This document shows positions 29,719-40,027 of a stretch of 64,000 bases of DNA, piece after piece. The translations under genes were made by a program, and so were the position numbers. Position 1 is the first letter of the stretch, and every line of letters begins with the position of its first letter. A model generated the notes under the pieces. It was not told the DNA's origin, made no database searches, and saw nothing but the letters and a program-made list of their open reading frames with translations. The stretch comes from Pelagibacteraceae bacterium AG-422-B15. Lineage in GTDB: Bacteria > Pseudomonadota > Alphaproteobacteria > Pelagibacterales > AG-422-B15. The stretch spans positions 14,656 to 78,655 of the forward strand of contig CAJJBG010000013.1 in assembly GCA_905182345.1 (NCBI GenBank). Direction: 5' to 3'.

Positions 29719-32304
29719 TTATTCTTTTGGTTGTTTTTTTGTAGCCTTCTTTTTAACTGTTTTCTTTTTTTTCCTAGGCTTTTTATCCATTTTTTTATCA
29801 ATTAACTCTAGAGCCTCATCTAGTTCAATGGTTTCTGGATCAAATGAATCAGGGATTGTAGCATTAATTGTCTTATATTTAACATAAGGACCAAATTTAC
29901 CCTTCATGACCTTAATTGGCTTGCCATCAGCTGGGTGTTCTCCTAAAGTTTTAAGTTCAGATGAGCTTTTTAATCTTCCAGGTTTGGCATTAGCTAAAAG
30001 CGTTACTGCTCTATTGATGCCTATATCAAATACTTCAGCATTATCTTCAAGGGTTGCATTCTTGCCATCACAAGTTAAATAGCCACCATATCTCCCGTAG
30101 TTAACCATAATTTCTTGCCCAGACTCAGGGTGATCACCAACTTTTCTTGGTAAGCTCAATAAAAGCTTAGCCTTTTCTAGGTTAATATCATTTGGAGATA
30201 TGTTTTTAGGAATTGATGCACGTTTAGGTTTTTCTTTTCCTTCCATGTTACCTAGTTGTATATAAGGACCAAATCTTCCACTTAATAATTTAATTTCTTT
30301 CGATGTAACTTCATCGATTCCTAAAATAATATCGTCAAATACCTCTTTAACTTTTTTATGTGATATTGGGCGAGTAAACTTACAATCAGGATAATTTGCA
30401 CACCCTACGAAAGCTCCAAACCTACTAACTTTTAAACTTAATTCTCCTCCACATCCATTTGGACAGACCCTAGTAACTTTTTTTTCACTATCATCAGAAA
30501 CAAATATATGAGTTTTAAGACTTTCATTTAGATTATCTAGGATATTTGTTATTCTTAGCTCCATAACATCACCAACATTTTTTGAAAAATCTTTCCAAAA
30601 TATTGAAAGAAATTCTGTCCAACTTATTTTTCCAGTAGTTATATCATCAAGCTTATCTTCCATGTCTGCAGTAAAATCATAATCAACATACTTATCAAAG
30701 AAGCCTTTTAAAAATGCAGTGATTAGAATTGCTCTATCTACAGGGACAAATCTATTCTTTTCAATATCAACATAAGCTCTCATTTTTAAAACAGAAATTA
30801 TACTGGCATATGTAGATGGACGCCCAATGCCTAGCTCTTCTAGTTTTTTTACCAAACTTGCTTCAGAGTATCGAGGTGGAGGAAGAGTAAAGTGCTGGCT
30901 TGATTCAGGGGTTTGTTTTGAAAAATTTGTATCCATTGTTAAGTCCGGTAGAAGTTTATCACTGCTTTCAGAGATTTCTTGCTCGTCTTCATTTGCTACA
31001 ATATCTTTTTCCTTAAACTCTCCATAAACATTTAAAAATCCATCAAACTTTTTAATTGAACCATTTGCACGTAGTTCTAAATTTGTATCATTAGAGATGA
31101 TATCAACAGAAGTTCTTTCATACTGAGCAGAGCTCATTTGACTGGCTAAAGAACGTTTCCAGATTAAGCGATATAGCTTATTGCCATCTTCATCTAGGTA
31201 CTTCTTTATATTATCAGGTGATAATTTTATATCTGTTGGTCGTATACCTTCATGTGCTTCCTGAGCATTCTTTGCTTTTTTACTTTTATATGTTTTTATT
31301 TCACTTGGAAGATATTCTGAGCTAAAGTTCTCTTTTAAATATTCTCTATAGGATTCTATGGCTTCTTTAGATAATTCGGTACTATCAGTTCTCATATAAG
31401 TTATTAGGCCAACCGTCTCGGCATTAATTTCTATACCTTGAAATAGTTTTTGAGCAATTTGCATTGTTCTGGAGGCACCAAATCCAAATACACTTGAGGC
31501 TTCTTGTTGAAGTGTTGAGGTGGAAAAGGGAGCATTGGAATTTCTTAGCGCAGGTTTTTTTGAAATATTAGATATTTTAAAATTCTGATCTTTAAAAGAA
31601 CTCAGAACATTTTTTGCCTCATCTTCATTCTTAAAGCTATGCTTTTCTACTTTGTTACTATTGTAGCTTGTTAGATTTGCCTCAAATTCTTCTTTTTCAC
31701 TTGTAGAAAATTTACATTTTATTTTCCAATATTCTTCAGGGTTAAAGGCTTCTATTTCTAATTCTCTTTCACAGATAAGTCTTAATGCTACTGATTGAAC
31801 TCTACCAGCTGATTTTGCTCCAGGAAGCTTCCTCCATAGAACAGGGGATAAATTAAATCCAACTAAATAATCAAGAGCTCTTCTGGCTAAATAGGCAGAT
31901 ACTAATCCATCATCTATATTCCTTGGGTTTTCAATTCCCTTTGTTACTGCTGATTTAGTAATTTCACTAAACACTACTCTTTTAACCACTTTATTTTTTA
32001 GAAGCTTCTTCTTTTTCAGCAATTCTAATATATGCCAAGCAATTGCCTCTCCTTCACGGTCAGGGTCAGTTGCTAAATACAAATTATCAGATTGTTCTAC
32101 GGCCTTATATATTTCAGATAAATTTTTTTTTGATTTATCTGATGTCTCCCATTCAAAAGCAAAGTTATTCTCTGGATCAACCGATCCATTCTTAGAAGGT
32201 AAATCTCTAACATGCCCATAGCTCGCAAGAACTTTAAAGTTATTGCCTAAATAAGCATTTATCGTTTTTGCCTTAGCTGGACTTTCTACTATTACTAAAT
32301 TCAT
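29719..32304 (-). CDS. topA: DNA topoisomerase I
   Basis: LVIVESPAKAKTI, ATDPDREGEAI, SAGRVQS, ITYMRTDS, GIGRPSTY; Zn ribbon, C-terminal repeats and Lys-rich tail. Confidence 0.99.
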   Translation of the reverse strand: MNLVIVESPAKAKTINAYLGNNFKVLASYGHVRDLPSKNGSVDPENNFAFEWETSDKSKKNLSEIYKAVEQSDNLYLATDPDREGEAIAWHILELLKKKKLLKNKVVKRVVFSEITKSAVTKGIENPRNIDDGLVSAYLARRALDYLVGFNLSPVLWRKLPGAKSAGRVQSVALRLICERELEIEAFNPEEYWKIKCKFSTSEKEEFEANLTSYNSNKVEKHSFKNEDEAKNVLSSFKDQNFKISNISKKPALRNSNAPFSTSTLQQEASSVFGFGASRTMQIAQKLFQGIEINAETVGLITYMRTDSTELSKEAIESYREYLKENFSSEYLPSEIKTYKSKKAKNAQEAHEGIRPTDIKLSPDNIKKYLDEDGNKLYRLIWKRSLASQMSSAQYERTSVDIISNDTNLELRANGSIKKFDGFLNVYGEFKEKDIVANEDEQEISESSDKLLPDLTMDTNFSKQTPESSQHFTLPPPRYSEASLVKKLEELGIGRPSTYASIISVLKMRAYVDIEKNRFVPVDRAILITAFLKGFFDKYVDYDFTADMEDKLDDITTGKISWTEFLSIFWKDFSKNVGDVMELRITNILDNLNESLKTHIFVSDDSEKKVTRVCPNGCGGELSLKVSRFGAFVGCANYPDCKFTRPISHKKVKEVFDDIILGIDEVTSKEIKLLSGRFGPYIQLGNMEGKEKPKRASIPKNISPNDINLEKAKLLLSLPRKVGDHPESGQEIMVNYGRYGGYLTCDGKNATLEDNAEVFDIGINRAVTLLANAKPGRLKSSSELKTLGEHPADGKPIKVMKGKFGPYVKYKTINATIPDSFDPETIELDEALELIDKKMDKKPRKKKKTVKKKATKKQPKE

Positions 32305-32349
32305 TTTATTTAATCTATTTTGAACTTATTAAGCGAAAATAAATGATTT

Positions 32350-32355
32350 TGTCAA
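32350..32355 (-). promoter_or_regulatory. Consensus -35 hexamer upstream of topA
   Basis: TTGACA on the minus strand 45 nt before the topA ATG; no clean -10 at 17 nt. Confidence 0.3.
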
Positions 32356-32406
32356 ATTAAGACATACAATAAAGTATAAATGATAGGAATTAAGGGAGTT
32401 TTTGCA

Positions 32407-32982
32407 CTACAATGGTTTTTCAGTCCCACCCAGTAATCTGAAAATATTTTTCCCGTGCGATATAAGTATTATCATACTAATAAGAAAATATAATTGCCCA
32501 TCTTCTGCTCCAAGCAATAAGTATGCAGCTATCATTAGTCCCAGAGTGCTAATTAAGGCCGAAAGGGAAGATATTCTAAAAATTAAAAAACATATTATCC
32601 AAATACTGATTGTTATAAAAAATAGAATGCAATTTGTAGCAATCATTATTCCTAGAAATGATGCATAACCTTTTCCACCGCTAAATTTTTTTAACCAAAC
32701 GGGGAATATATGTCCAATTAAGATAAAAAGTGCTGATAATATGTAGGTATCAGGAAAAAGTAATTCACAAGCCTTAATAGCAATTATAGCCTTTAAGACA
32801 TCTAAAAGCAAAGTTATGGCAGACGCTTTGTAATTTCCTGTACGTAGCACATTTGTAGCACCGGTGTTACCAGAACCAATTTTTCTTATATCTCCAAGGT
32901 TAAATAATTTTGCAATAATTATACCAGATGGAATAGAACCTAATAAATAAGAGATGATTATACAGCCAAAAATATTTATCAT
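32407..32982 (-). CDS. plsY: Glycerol-3-phosphate acyltransferase PlsY
   Basis: YLLGSIPSG, GSGNTGATNVLR, GHIFPVW..GGKG, HGKNIFRL.GGTE. Confidence 0.96.
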   Translation of the reverse strand: MINIFGCIIISYLLGSIPSGIIIAKLFNLGDIRKIGSGNTGATNVLRTGNYKASAITLLLDVLKAIIAIKACELLFPDTYILSALFILIGHIFPVWLKKFSGGKGYASFLGIMIATNCILFFITISIWIICFLIFRISSLSALISTLGLMIAAYLLLGAEDGQLYFLISMIILISHGKNIFRLLGGTEKPL

Positions 32983-32986
32983 AAAG

Positions 32987-33925
32987 TTACTTGGTCATAA
33001 TCGCTAAACACGCCATTCTAATTGAAACGCCATTTTCAACCTGTTCATTTATTAATGACTTATCAAGATCATCAGCTAGTGAACTTTCAATTTCAACATT
33101 TCTATTAATTGGACCTGGATGCATTATTAAAGCATCTGGCTTAGCTCTTTTAAGCTTTTCATATGTTAATCCAAAATCATTAAAATAAGCATTTGCTGAA
33201 GGTACACTTGCTTCTTTAATTCTTTCATTTTGAATTCTGAGCATCATTACAATATCCACATTGCTTATTCCAGCTTCAAGGTTATCAAAATACTCAACAT
33301 CAAATTGATCTAGGTCAGTAGGCTTGAAATAATTTGGTGAAACAAATCTAATTTTAGCACCCATTTTTTTTAGCAAATGATAATTTGATCTAGCAACACG
33401 ACTATGTTCAATGTCACCACATATTGATATAGTTATGTCCTTAAAATTTTTACCTCTATTTTGTATTGTAAACGCATCTAAAAGAGCCTGAGTTGGATGT
33501 TCGTTTATTCCTTCTCCAGCACTTATTAATGGACAACTTATTCTAGATGCAATTTCATTAAGTGATCCTGGAATTGAATGCCTGACAATAATAAGATCAG
33601 GGTTCATTGCATTTAGCGTATCTGCAGTATCTAATAAGCTTTCACCTTTACGCAGTGAGGAGCCTTCGATATTCATATTTATTATATCTGCTCCGAGTCT
33701 TCTAGCTGCAATTTCAAATGAAATAAGAGTTCGAGTTGAAGGTTCAAAAAATAAATTAATAATCGTTCTGCCATTTAATAGCGGCATACTCTTATTTTTC
33801 TCTTTATTGCTACCTTGAAATATTTTGGCTGTATCAAGTATAAGATTAATATCCTCAACAGTTAAATTTTCAATTCGAATAAGATTTTTTTGAGAAAGTT
33901 TTGATATTTTACTATGTTCTATCAT
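32987..33925 (-). CDS. pyrB: Aspartate carbamoyltransferase catalytic subunit
   Basis: FFEPSTRT, HPTQALLD, GDIEHSRVA, LRIQNER, MHPGPINR. Confidence 0.98.
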   Translation of the reverse strand: MIEHSKISKLSQKNLIRIENLTVEDINLILDTAKIFQGSNKEKNKSMPLLNGRTIINLFFEPSTRTLISFEIAARRLGADIINMNIEGSSLRKGESLLDTADTLNAMNPDLIIVRHSIPGSLNEIASRISCPLISAGEGINEHPTQALLDAFTIQNRGKNFKDITISICGDIEHSRVARSNYHLLKKMGAKIRFVSPNYFKPTDLDQFDVEYFDNLEAGISNVDIVMMLRIQNERIKEASVPSANAYFNDFGLTYEKLKRAKPDALIMHPGPINRNVEIESSLADDLDKSLINEQVENGVSIRMACLAIMTK

Positions 33926-33930
33926 TAGCC

Positions 33931-34416
33931 TTAACTATTAATGAACCTAAGCGCGCCTTCTAGAATAAATGCTGCTGCCAGGTTATCAATCTCTTTTTTG
34001 TTTATTATCTTTGTTTTACGACTTTTTTTTGGTTTTTCAAAGAATCTTTCAACCGCCACACTAGAAAGTCTTTCGTCCCAAAACCCATAATGTAAATTAA
34101 GGCTATTTGAAATTAGCTTTGCAGTATCTGTAGCTGATTGTGCACTTTTCCCTTGTGTTCCATCCATATTTAATGGCATGCCAAAAATTAGTCCACCAAT
34201 ATTGAATTTTTCAACCAACTCATTTAATTGACCTGCCATTATTTTTGCCTTAGCCCTTTCAATAGTCTTAATTGGCAAGGCAATTTGCAACAATGGGTCT
34301 GAAACAGAGATTCCAATTCTTTTTGAGCCTAAGTCTAAGCCCATCAAACGTTCATTGTTAGCTAAAATTGACTTAAATCCCTTTAGATCTTCAATATTTT
34401 TTACTTCATTGGGCAT
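33931..34416 (-). CDS. ruvX: Holliday junction resolvase-like RuvX/YqgF
   Basis: GLDLGSKRIGISVSD, GMPLNMDG, WDERLSS, IDNLAAAFILE. Confidence 0.95.
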   Translation of the reverse strand: MPNEVKNIEDLKGFKSILANNERLMGLDLGSKRIGISVSDPLLQIALPIKTIERAKAKIMAGQLNELVEKFNIGGLIFGMPLNMDGTQGKSAQSATDTAKLISNSLNLHYGFWDERLSSVAVERFFEKPKKSRKTKIINKKEIDNLAAAFILEGALRFINS

Positions 34417-34471
34417 CTTTTTTTTTACTATATCATAAATAATGTGATATCAACTAGCTAAACAGCTTAAT

Positions 34472-34762
34472 ATGATAGAATTTAACAAAAAAATTACTCT
34501 AAAACTAGCCAAACTTTCAAGACTATCTTTAAGCAATAGTCAGTTAGAAAATCTAGAAAAAGACTTAACTTCAATATTAAGCTTTATTGATCAATTAAAA
34601 GAAATCAACACTGATAGTATTGACCCAACTTCAAACTCACTTGATCAAAATTTAATTCTCAGAGATGATTTAGCCGAAGATGTCTTGTCCAATGAAAAGC
34701 TTTTACAAAATGTTCCTGAATCTGAATTAGGGTTTTTTGTTGTACCTAAGGTTATTGAATAG
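34472..34762 (+). CDS. gatC: Asp/Glu-tRNA amidotransferase subunit C
   Basis: LAKLSRL, ILSFIDQL, LRDD, FFVVPKVIE. Confidence 0.96.
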   Translation: MIEFNKKITLKLAKLSRLSLSNSQLENLEKDLTSILSFIDQLKEINTDSIDPTSNSLDQNLILRDDLAEDVLSNEKLLQNVPESELGFFVVPKVIE

Positions 34763-34764
34763 TT

Positions 34765-36237
34765 ATGCTTGAAAATTTAACAATAGAGCAAACATCTAAA
34801 CTTCTTAATAGTAAAAAAGCTTCAGCCTTAGAAATAACTAGTCATTATCTAAAGAAGGTGAGTGACGCAAATAAATTAAACTGTTTTATAACAGTATCTG
34901 AAGATCATGCAATAAAAGCTGCAATTCAAACAGATAACAGAATATCTAAAAATAAGAAAATAGGCTTATTAGATGGTGTGCCGCTTGCGTATAAAGATTT
35001 ATTCTGCACCAATGAAATATTAACAACAGCTTCAAGTAAAATCTTATCAAATTTTATACCAACCTACGAATCTACTGTTACTTCTAATTGTCAAAAAGAA
35101 GGCGCCATAGTTTTAGGAAAATTAAACTGTGACGAGTTTGCAATGGGCTCAACAAATAAGACTAGTTTTTATGGTCCTGTTATCAATCCTTGGAAATCAA
35201 ATGAAAGTGATGAAGACTTGGTTCCAGGAGGTTCCTCTGGAGGTTCCGCTGCATCAGTAGCTGCAGACTTATGTATTGCATCTCTTGGGACTGACACTGG
35301 AGGATCTATACGTCAACCCGCTTCTTTTACAGGCCTAGTTGGCCTAAAGCCATCTTATGGCAGAGTATCAAGATGGGGAGTTGTAGCCTTTGCATCATCC
35401 TTAGATCAAGCTGGACCAATCTGTAAAACAGTTGAAGATGCCTCAATATTATTAGAAGCAATTTCTGGTCATGATAAAAAAGATTCAACTAGCTCAATTG
35501 AACCGAATGAACATTTTTATAAAAATTTAAATAGTTCAGTAAAAGATTTAAAGATTGGTATTCCTAAAGAATATTTAAGCGATGATTTACCTGAAGAGAT
35601 TCAAGGCTACTGGAATGAAGGAAAAAAAATTCTTTCCGAGAATGGTGCTGAAATAGTTGAAATTAGCTTACCTTCTACAAAAACTGCTTTACCAGCTTAT
35701 TATATTATTGCGCCAGCAGAAGCTTCTTCAAACTTATCAAGATATGATGGTGTTAGATATGGACTTAGAGTTAAAGGTGAAAATCTTACTGAAATGTATG
35801 AATTAACAAGATCAGAAGGATTTGGCGATGAGGTAAAGCGAAGAATTATGATGGGAACGTATGTTTTATCTTCAGGGTATTATGACGCCTATTATATAAA
35901 AGCACAAAAAGTTAGATCTATAATAAAAAGTGACTTTGATTTAGCATTTAAAAGTGTCGATGCAATTTTCACGCCAACAACACCCAATACAGCTTTTCCT
36001 ATAAGCAAAGAAGAATTAGATCCCGTTCAAAACTATCTTAATGATATATTTACAGTTCCAGCCAATCTTGCGGGATTGCCAGCAATCTCAATTCCATTTG
36101 GGTTAAGTAAATCTGGACTACCAATTGGAATGCAACTTATAACAAATACATTTAAAGAGCAGACACTCCTTAATATTGCAAAAAATCTTCAGGATTCTAT
36201 TAATTTTAATATTTATCCTAACCAATGGTGGAAATAA
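34765..36237 (+). CDS. gatA: Asp/Glu-tRNA amidotransferase subunit A
   Basis: KDLFCT, DEFAMGS, PGGSSGGSAA, GTDTGGSIRQPA, SRYDGVRYG. Confidence 0.98.
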   Translation: MLENLTIEQTSKLLNSKKASALEITSHYLKKVSDANKLNCFITVSEDHAIKAAIQTDNRISKNKKIGLLDGVPLAYKDLFCTNEILTTASSKILSNFIPTYESTVTSNCQKEGAIVLGKLNCDEFAMGSTNKTSFYGPVINPWKSNESDEDLVPGGSSGGSAASVAADLCIASLGTDTGGSIRQPASFTGLVGLKPSYGRVSRWGVVAFASSLDQAGPICKTVEDASILLEAISGHDKKDSTSSIEPNEHFYKNLNSSVKDLKIGIPKEYLSDDLPEEIQGYWNEGKKILSENGAEIVEISLPSTKTALPAYYIIAPAEASSNLSRYDGVRYGLRVKGENLTEMYELTRSEGFGDEVKRRIMMGTYVLSSGYYDAYYIKAQKVRSIIKSDFDLAFKSVDAIFTPTTPNTAFPISKEELDPVQNYLNDIFTVPANLAGLPAISIPFGLSKSGLPIGMQLITNTFKEQTLLNIAKNLQDSINFNIYPNQWWK

Positions 36238-36240
36238 CTT

Positions 36241-37671
36241 ATGAATAGCGAATGGCAAACAGTTATTGGAATTGAGATTCATGCTCAGATAAACTCTAAA
36301 TCAAAGCTTTTTTCTAGCTCTTCAACAGAATTTGGCTCAGCTCCAAACACTCAGGTTAGTTTAGTAGATGCGGCCATGCCAGGCATGCTTCCTGTTATTA
36401 ATAAATTTTGTATTGAGCAAGCAGTTAAATCTGGAATAGGACTGAATGCAAAAATTAATAAAAAATCAATTTTTGATCGTAAAAATTATTTTTACCAAGA
36501 CTTACCACAAGGATATCAAATTTCTCAATTTAAAGATCCAATAGTTGGAAGTGGCTCAATAGAAATTGAAATTGATGGCACTAAGAAAGCTATAGGGATT
36601 GAAAGACTGCATTTAGAACAAGATGCAGGAAAAAGTTTGCATGATCAAGATCCAAACCTAACTTTTGTAGACCTTAATCGATCTGGTATAGCATTAATGG
36701 AAATAGTATCAGATCCTGATATGGCATCTCCCGAGGAGGCTGTTGCGTATGTAAAGAAAGTTAGATCAATTTTGAGATATCTTGATACGTGTGATGGTAA
36801 TATGGAGCAAGGCTCTTTAAGGGCAGATATTAATGTGTCAGTTAGAAAAAAGGGAGAGAGTCTTGGAACTAGATGCGAATTAAAAAACCTTAATTCATTT
36901 AAGCACATCACATCTGCTATTAATTTTGAGGTTGCTAGGCAAATAAAAATCATTGAGAATGGTGAAGAAATAAAACAAGAAACTCGTTTATATGATGTCT
37001 CTTCAGATACAACTAAATCAATGAGGTCAAAAGAAGATGCACATGACTATAGATATTTCCCTGATCCTGATCTACTGCCATTAAACCTAGATGAAAAGTG
37101 GATTGAAAAAATTAAAAATGAGTTACCTGAGCTTCCAGACGAAAAAAAAGATAGGTTCATTACGCAGTACAAAATTTCTAATTATGATGCTGAAGTTCTT
37201 ACTTCAGATAGACAAACCAGTGAATATTTTGAGGAAGTTATAAGCAATAGAAATCCAAAACTCGTTGTTTCTTGGGTAGCTAGCGAATTATTTGCTGCTT
37301 TAAATAAAGAAAATTTGTCTATTGAGAATTCTCCGGTCAATTCAAAACAACTGGGCGAGCTTATAGATGAGATTGAAAAAGGAACAATTTCAAACAGAGC
37401 TGCAAAAGAAGTATTTGAAGAAATGTGTGTTTCAAAAAAATCTGTACAAGAAATCATTAATGATAAAGGGCTCATACAAATAAGTGACACATCTGAAATT
37501 GAAAAATTTATTAACCAAGTATTAGTTGATAACCCTATAAATGTTGAAAAATATAAAAATGGAAAAACCAAACTTTTAGGTTTTTTTATAGGGGAAGTGA
37601 TGAAAGTAACAAAAGGCAAAGCAAATCCAGGTCTTTTGAATCAAATAGTTAAGAAAAAACTAGATAATTAA
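36241..37671 (+). CDS. gatB: Asp/Glu-tRNA amidotransferase subunit B
   Basis: IGIEIHAQ, RKNYFYQDLPQGYQISQ, HLEQDAGKS, YRYFPDPDL, GKANP. Confidence 0.99.
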   Translation: MNSEWQTVIGIEIHAQINSKSKLFSSSSTEFGSAPNTQVSLVDAAMPGMLPVINKFCIEQAVKSGIGLNAKINKKSIFDRKNYFYQDLPQGYQISQFKDPIVGSGSIEIEIDGTKKAIGIERLHLEQDAGKSLHDQDPNLTFVDLNRSGIALMEIVSDPDMASPEEAVAYVKKVRSILRYLDTCDGNMEQGSLRADINVSVRKKGESLGTRCELKNLNSFKHITSAINFEVARQIKIIENGEEIKQETRLYDVSSDTTKSMRSKEDAHDYRYFPDPDLLPLNLDEKWIEKIKNELPELPDEKKDRFITQYKISNYDAEVLTSDRQTSEYFEEVISNRNPKLVVSWVASELFAALNKENLSIENSPVNSKQLGELIDEIEKGTISNRAAKEVFEEMCVSKKSVQEIINDKGLIQISDTSEIEKFINQVLVDNPINVEKYKNGKTKLLGFFIGEVMKVTKGKANPGLLNQIVKKKLDN

Positions 37672-37700
37672 TATTAAATTGTTTATCTAGTTAAGACTTA

Positions 37701-37793
37701 GGAGAGTTGGCTGAGTGGTCGAAAGCAGCAGGTTGCTAACTTGTCGTACATGTTAAACATGTACCTAGGGTTCGAATCCCTAACTCTCCGCCA
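37701..37793 (+). tRNA. tRNA-Ser(GCT)
   Basis: Acceptor GGAGAGT/ACTCTCC, D-loop GAGTGGTCGAA, loop TTGCTAA, long variable arm GTACATGT/ACATGTAC, T-arm TAGGG-TTCGAAT-CCCTA, G discriminator and encoded CCA. Confidence 0.97.
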
Positions 37794-37794
37794 T

Positions 37795-39945
37795 TTAAGG
37801 TTTTGACATGGGCTTTAAAATATTTGTACCTTCACTAAAGCCATGGATTAAATTATTTTGTAAAGTATAGTCAGATGGCTTAAAGTCATTTTCAATAAAT
37901 TCATACACCTGAATATTTTCCATTACTCTTTGCACATAATTACGAGTTTCTTTAAAAGGTATAAGTTCTACCCAATCCTCAGAACTAATATCACTTGTTC
38001 TTGGGTCACCATACATAGCAATCCATCTTGTAACTCTCGATGGTCCTGCATTATAAGCTGCAAGAGTTAGTATATAAGAATGACTATACTTTGACAGAAG
38101 CTGGTCAAGATAAGCACTACCTAAAATAACATTGTATTCAGGGTCATCTTTTAAGCGTGATTTTGAATATTTTAAGTTTAATCCGCTAGAAAGTTTTTTT
38201 GCAGTATATGGCATTAACTGCATTAAGCCATTAGCGCCAGCGTAACTTCCAGCTCTAGGATCAAACTGACTTTCTTGTCTTATTACAGAATGAATAAATG
38301 ACTGTTCTGGAAAAATAATTTTACCATATTCTGGTCGTTTTACAGTTGGAAAACTTTCTGTAGTGAATATCAACGTATCATAATAAATAAATTTTCCAGC
38401 TTGTACGGCATAATCATTTCTATTTAATTTTTTTGCAAGCTTAGCAATTCTTAATCTTTCTTCAAGATTGTCTTCTTTAGCAATACTCCATATAAACGTC
38501 TTTATCATTCTATATTCTTTAAGCTCATTCAGTAGATAGATTGCATTATATATTTTCACCATGTTTGCTGAAGGTTGCTCAACATTAGGGGGGTCAGGGT
38601 AAAAATTAACATAAAATTGAGATGGCTCATTTAAATAATTATTTGCTAACTGACCATAGAATGTAAGGTTATACTTTGAAGCTTCAGCAAACCATTTTTG
38701 TGCCAACTCATTTTGATTAAGACTTTTATATGATCTAGCAAGCCAATATGAACCTCTTGCTTTTGATATAGGCCTTGAAGAAACATCAAATATTTTCTTA
38801 AAATGTAAAGCTGCCGTTGACGGGTCTTTTAGAAAAGTGAAACTAAGCCAGCCAGCCATCCACTCTGCCTCTGCAATATCAGCATTTGTTTTGAGACCAT
38901 GGTTAACTGATAGTCTGTAGGCATCATTGTACCTATGAAAGTCTATCAGCTTTCGAATAGAGTATGCTTTTAATTTCCAAAATTTATCAGGTCTTTCAAG
39001 TAGTGCAGAATTACTTTTATTAACTTCCTCTAACAATACTAAAGCCGAATCAAATTTCCCTTTTTTTATTCTCCAGTTTATTCGATCATGCACTAAGCCA
39101 GGATTGTTTTGAAGTGATGTTGGAACCTTTGCAATTAGTTGGTCTACTCCACCAGAAAAAGAAATCAAACCTATTCTTGCTTCATATAATTTTTGGTAAT
39201 CCTTTTCTACAAATTTAATAATTCTTTGCGCTGTTCGATATTGTTTGTTCCAAAGTAAATTAGATATTCTATTTTTATGGTCCTTTGTATCTAAGAATGA
39301 TTTAAATTTAGAAATTACTATTTTTTGTTCGGACCTTCCAAATATACCTTCAACATAACCTTGTTTTATTAGTTGAACTCCTTCTTCTTTTTTTCCTATA
39401 GATATATAGGCATTTCCTAAATAGATTTTCCCCAAGCCACTTTGTGGATTATTTGTATTAAAAAATTTTATTACCGTAGAAGGCGAGTCTAAATAAGTTA
39501 TTTTACTTTCAGCATTTAATTTAATTTTTTCTAAGCTAGGCCAATTTTTTTTCTGATCTATAAAATTTAAATAGTTAGAAAATGTCAGGTCAGAGGCACC
39601 ATTGTAGTATCTTATCCATTCAATTAAATCTAATGCAGTTTTGTCTTTAATATTTTTTTTAACACTAGAAACTTTATCCCATTTCCATTTTTTTGAACTT
39701 TCAATAGCTAAATTAAGAAGATTAAACTCCTTATTAGATAAAGTTTTGGAGGATTTAGGTGGTACAGGTTTTTTGATTGGCAATAGTAAGAAAAGCTTTT
39801 TAGGTTTTTCCAGAGGTATATTGTATGCTAAATTTATATTATTATTAAGCCCATGGTTGCTCGAGTCTATATTAGACACCTTTGCATTAGCTATAAAAGA
39901 GCCTAAAATAACTGTGGATATTAAGATTATTGTAAATTGTTTCAC
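37795..39945 (-). CDS. slt: Soluble lytic murein transglycosylase (Slt70-like), GTG start, signal-peptide-like N-terminus
   Basis: IRQESQF catalytic Glu, GLMQLMP, AAYNAGPSRV, IPFKETRNYVQRV; TPR-like helical N-half. Confidence 0.92.
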   Translation of the reverse strand: MKQFTIILISTVILGSFIANAKVSNIDSSNHGLNNNINLAYNIPLEKPKKLFLLLPIKKPVPPKSSKTLSNKEFNLLNLAIESSKKWKWDKVSSVKKNIKDKTALDLIEWIRYYNGASDLTFSNYLNFIDQKKNWPSLEKIKLNAESKITYLDSPSTVIKFFNTNNPQSGLGKIYLGNAYISIGKKEEGVQLIKQGYVEGIFGRSEQKIVISKFKSFLDTKDHKNRISNLLWNKQYRTAQRIIKFVEKDYQKLYEARIGLISFSGGVDQLIAKVPTSLQNNPGLVHDRINWRIKKGKFDSALVLLEEVNKSNSALLERPDKFWKLKAYSIRKLIDFHRYNDAYRLSVNHGLKTNADIAEAEWMAGWLSFTFLKDPSTAALHFKKIFDVSSRPISKARGSYWLARSYKSLNQNELAQKWFAEASKYNLTFYGQLANNYLNEPSQFYVNFYPDPPNVEQPSANMVKIYNAIYLLNELKEYRMIKTFIWSIAKEDNLEERLRIAKLAKKLNRNDYAVQAGKFIYYDTLIFTTESFPTVKRPEYGKIIFPEQSFIHSVIRQESQFDPRAGSYAGANGLMQLMPYTAKKLSSGLNLKYSKSRLKDDPEYNVILGSAYLDQLLSKYSHSYILTLAAYNAGPSRVTRWIAMYGDPRTSDISSEDWVELIPFKETRNYVQRVMENIQVYEFIENDFKPSDYTLQNNLIHGFSEGTNILKPMSKP

Positions 39946-40027
39946 AAAATGAATAAATTAATGGTTTTGAAATTATATTTATGATTTATATTTTTTAAAT
40001 AATTAAAAATGATAGACTGTAACATAT

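Noticed and set aside
29719-29790. Lys-rich low-complexity TopA tail
   Set aside because: Basic C-terminal tails are a known feature of this TopA type
37701-37800. tRNA-Ser as an integration site
   Set aside because: No integrase nearby and no duplicated tRNA 3' end seen; flanks are core genes
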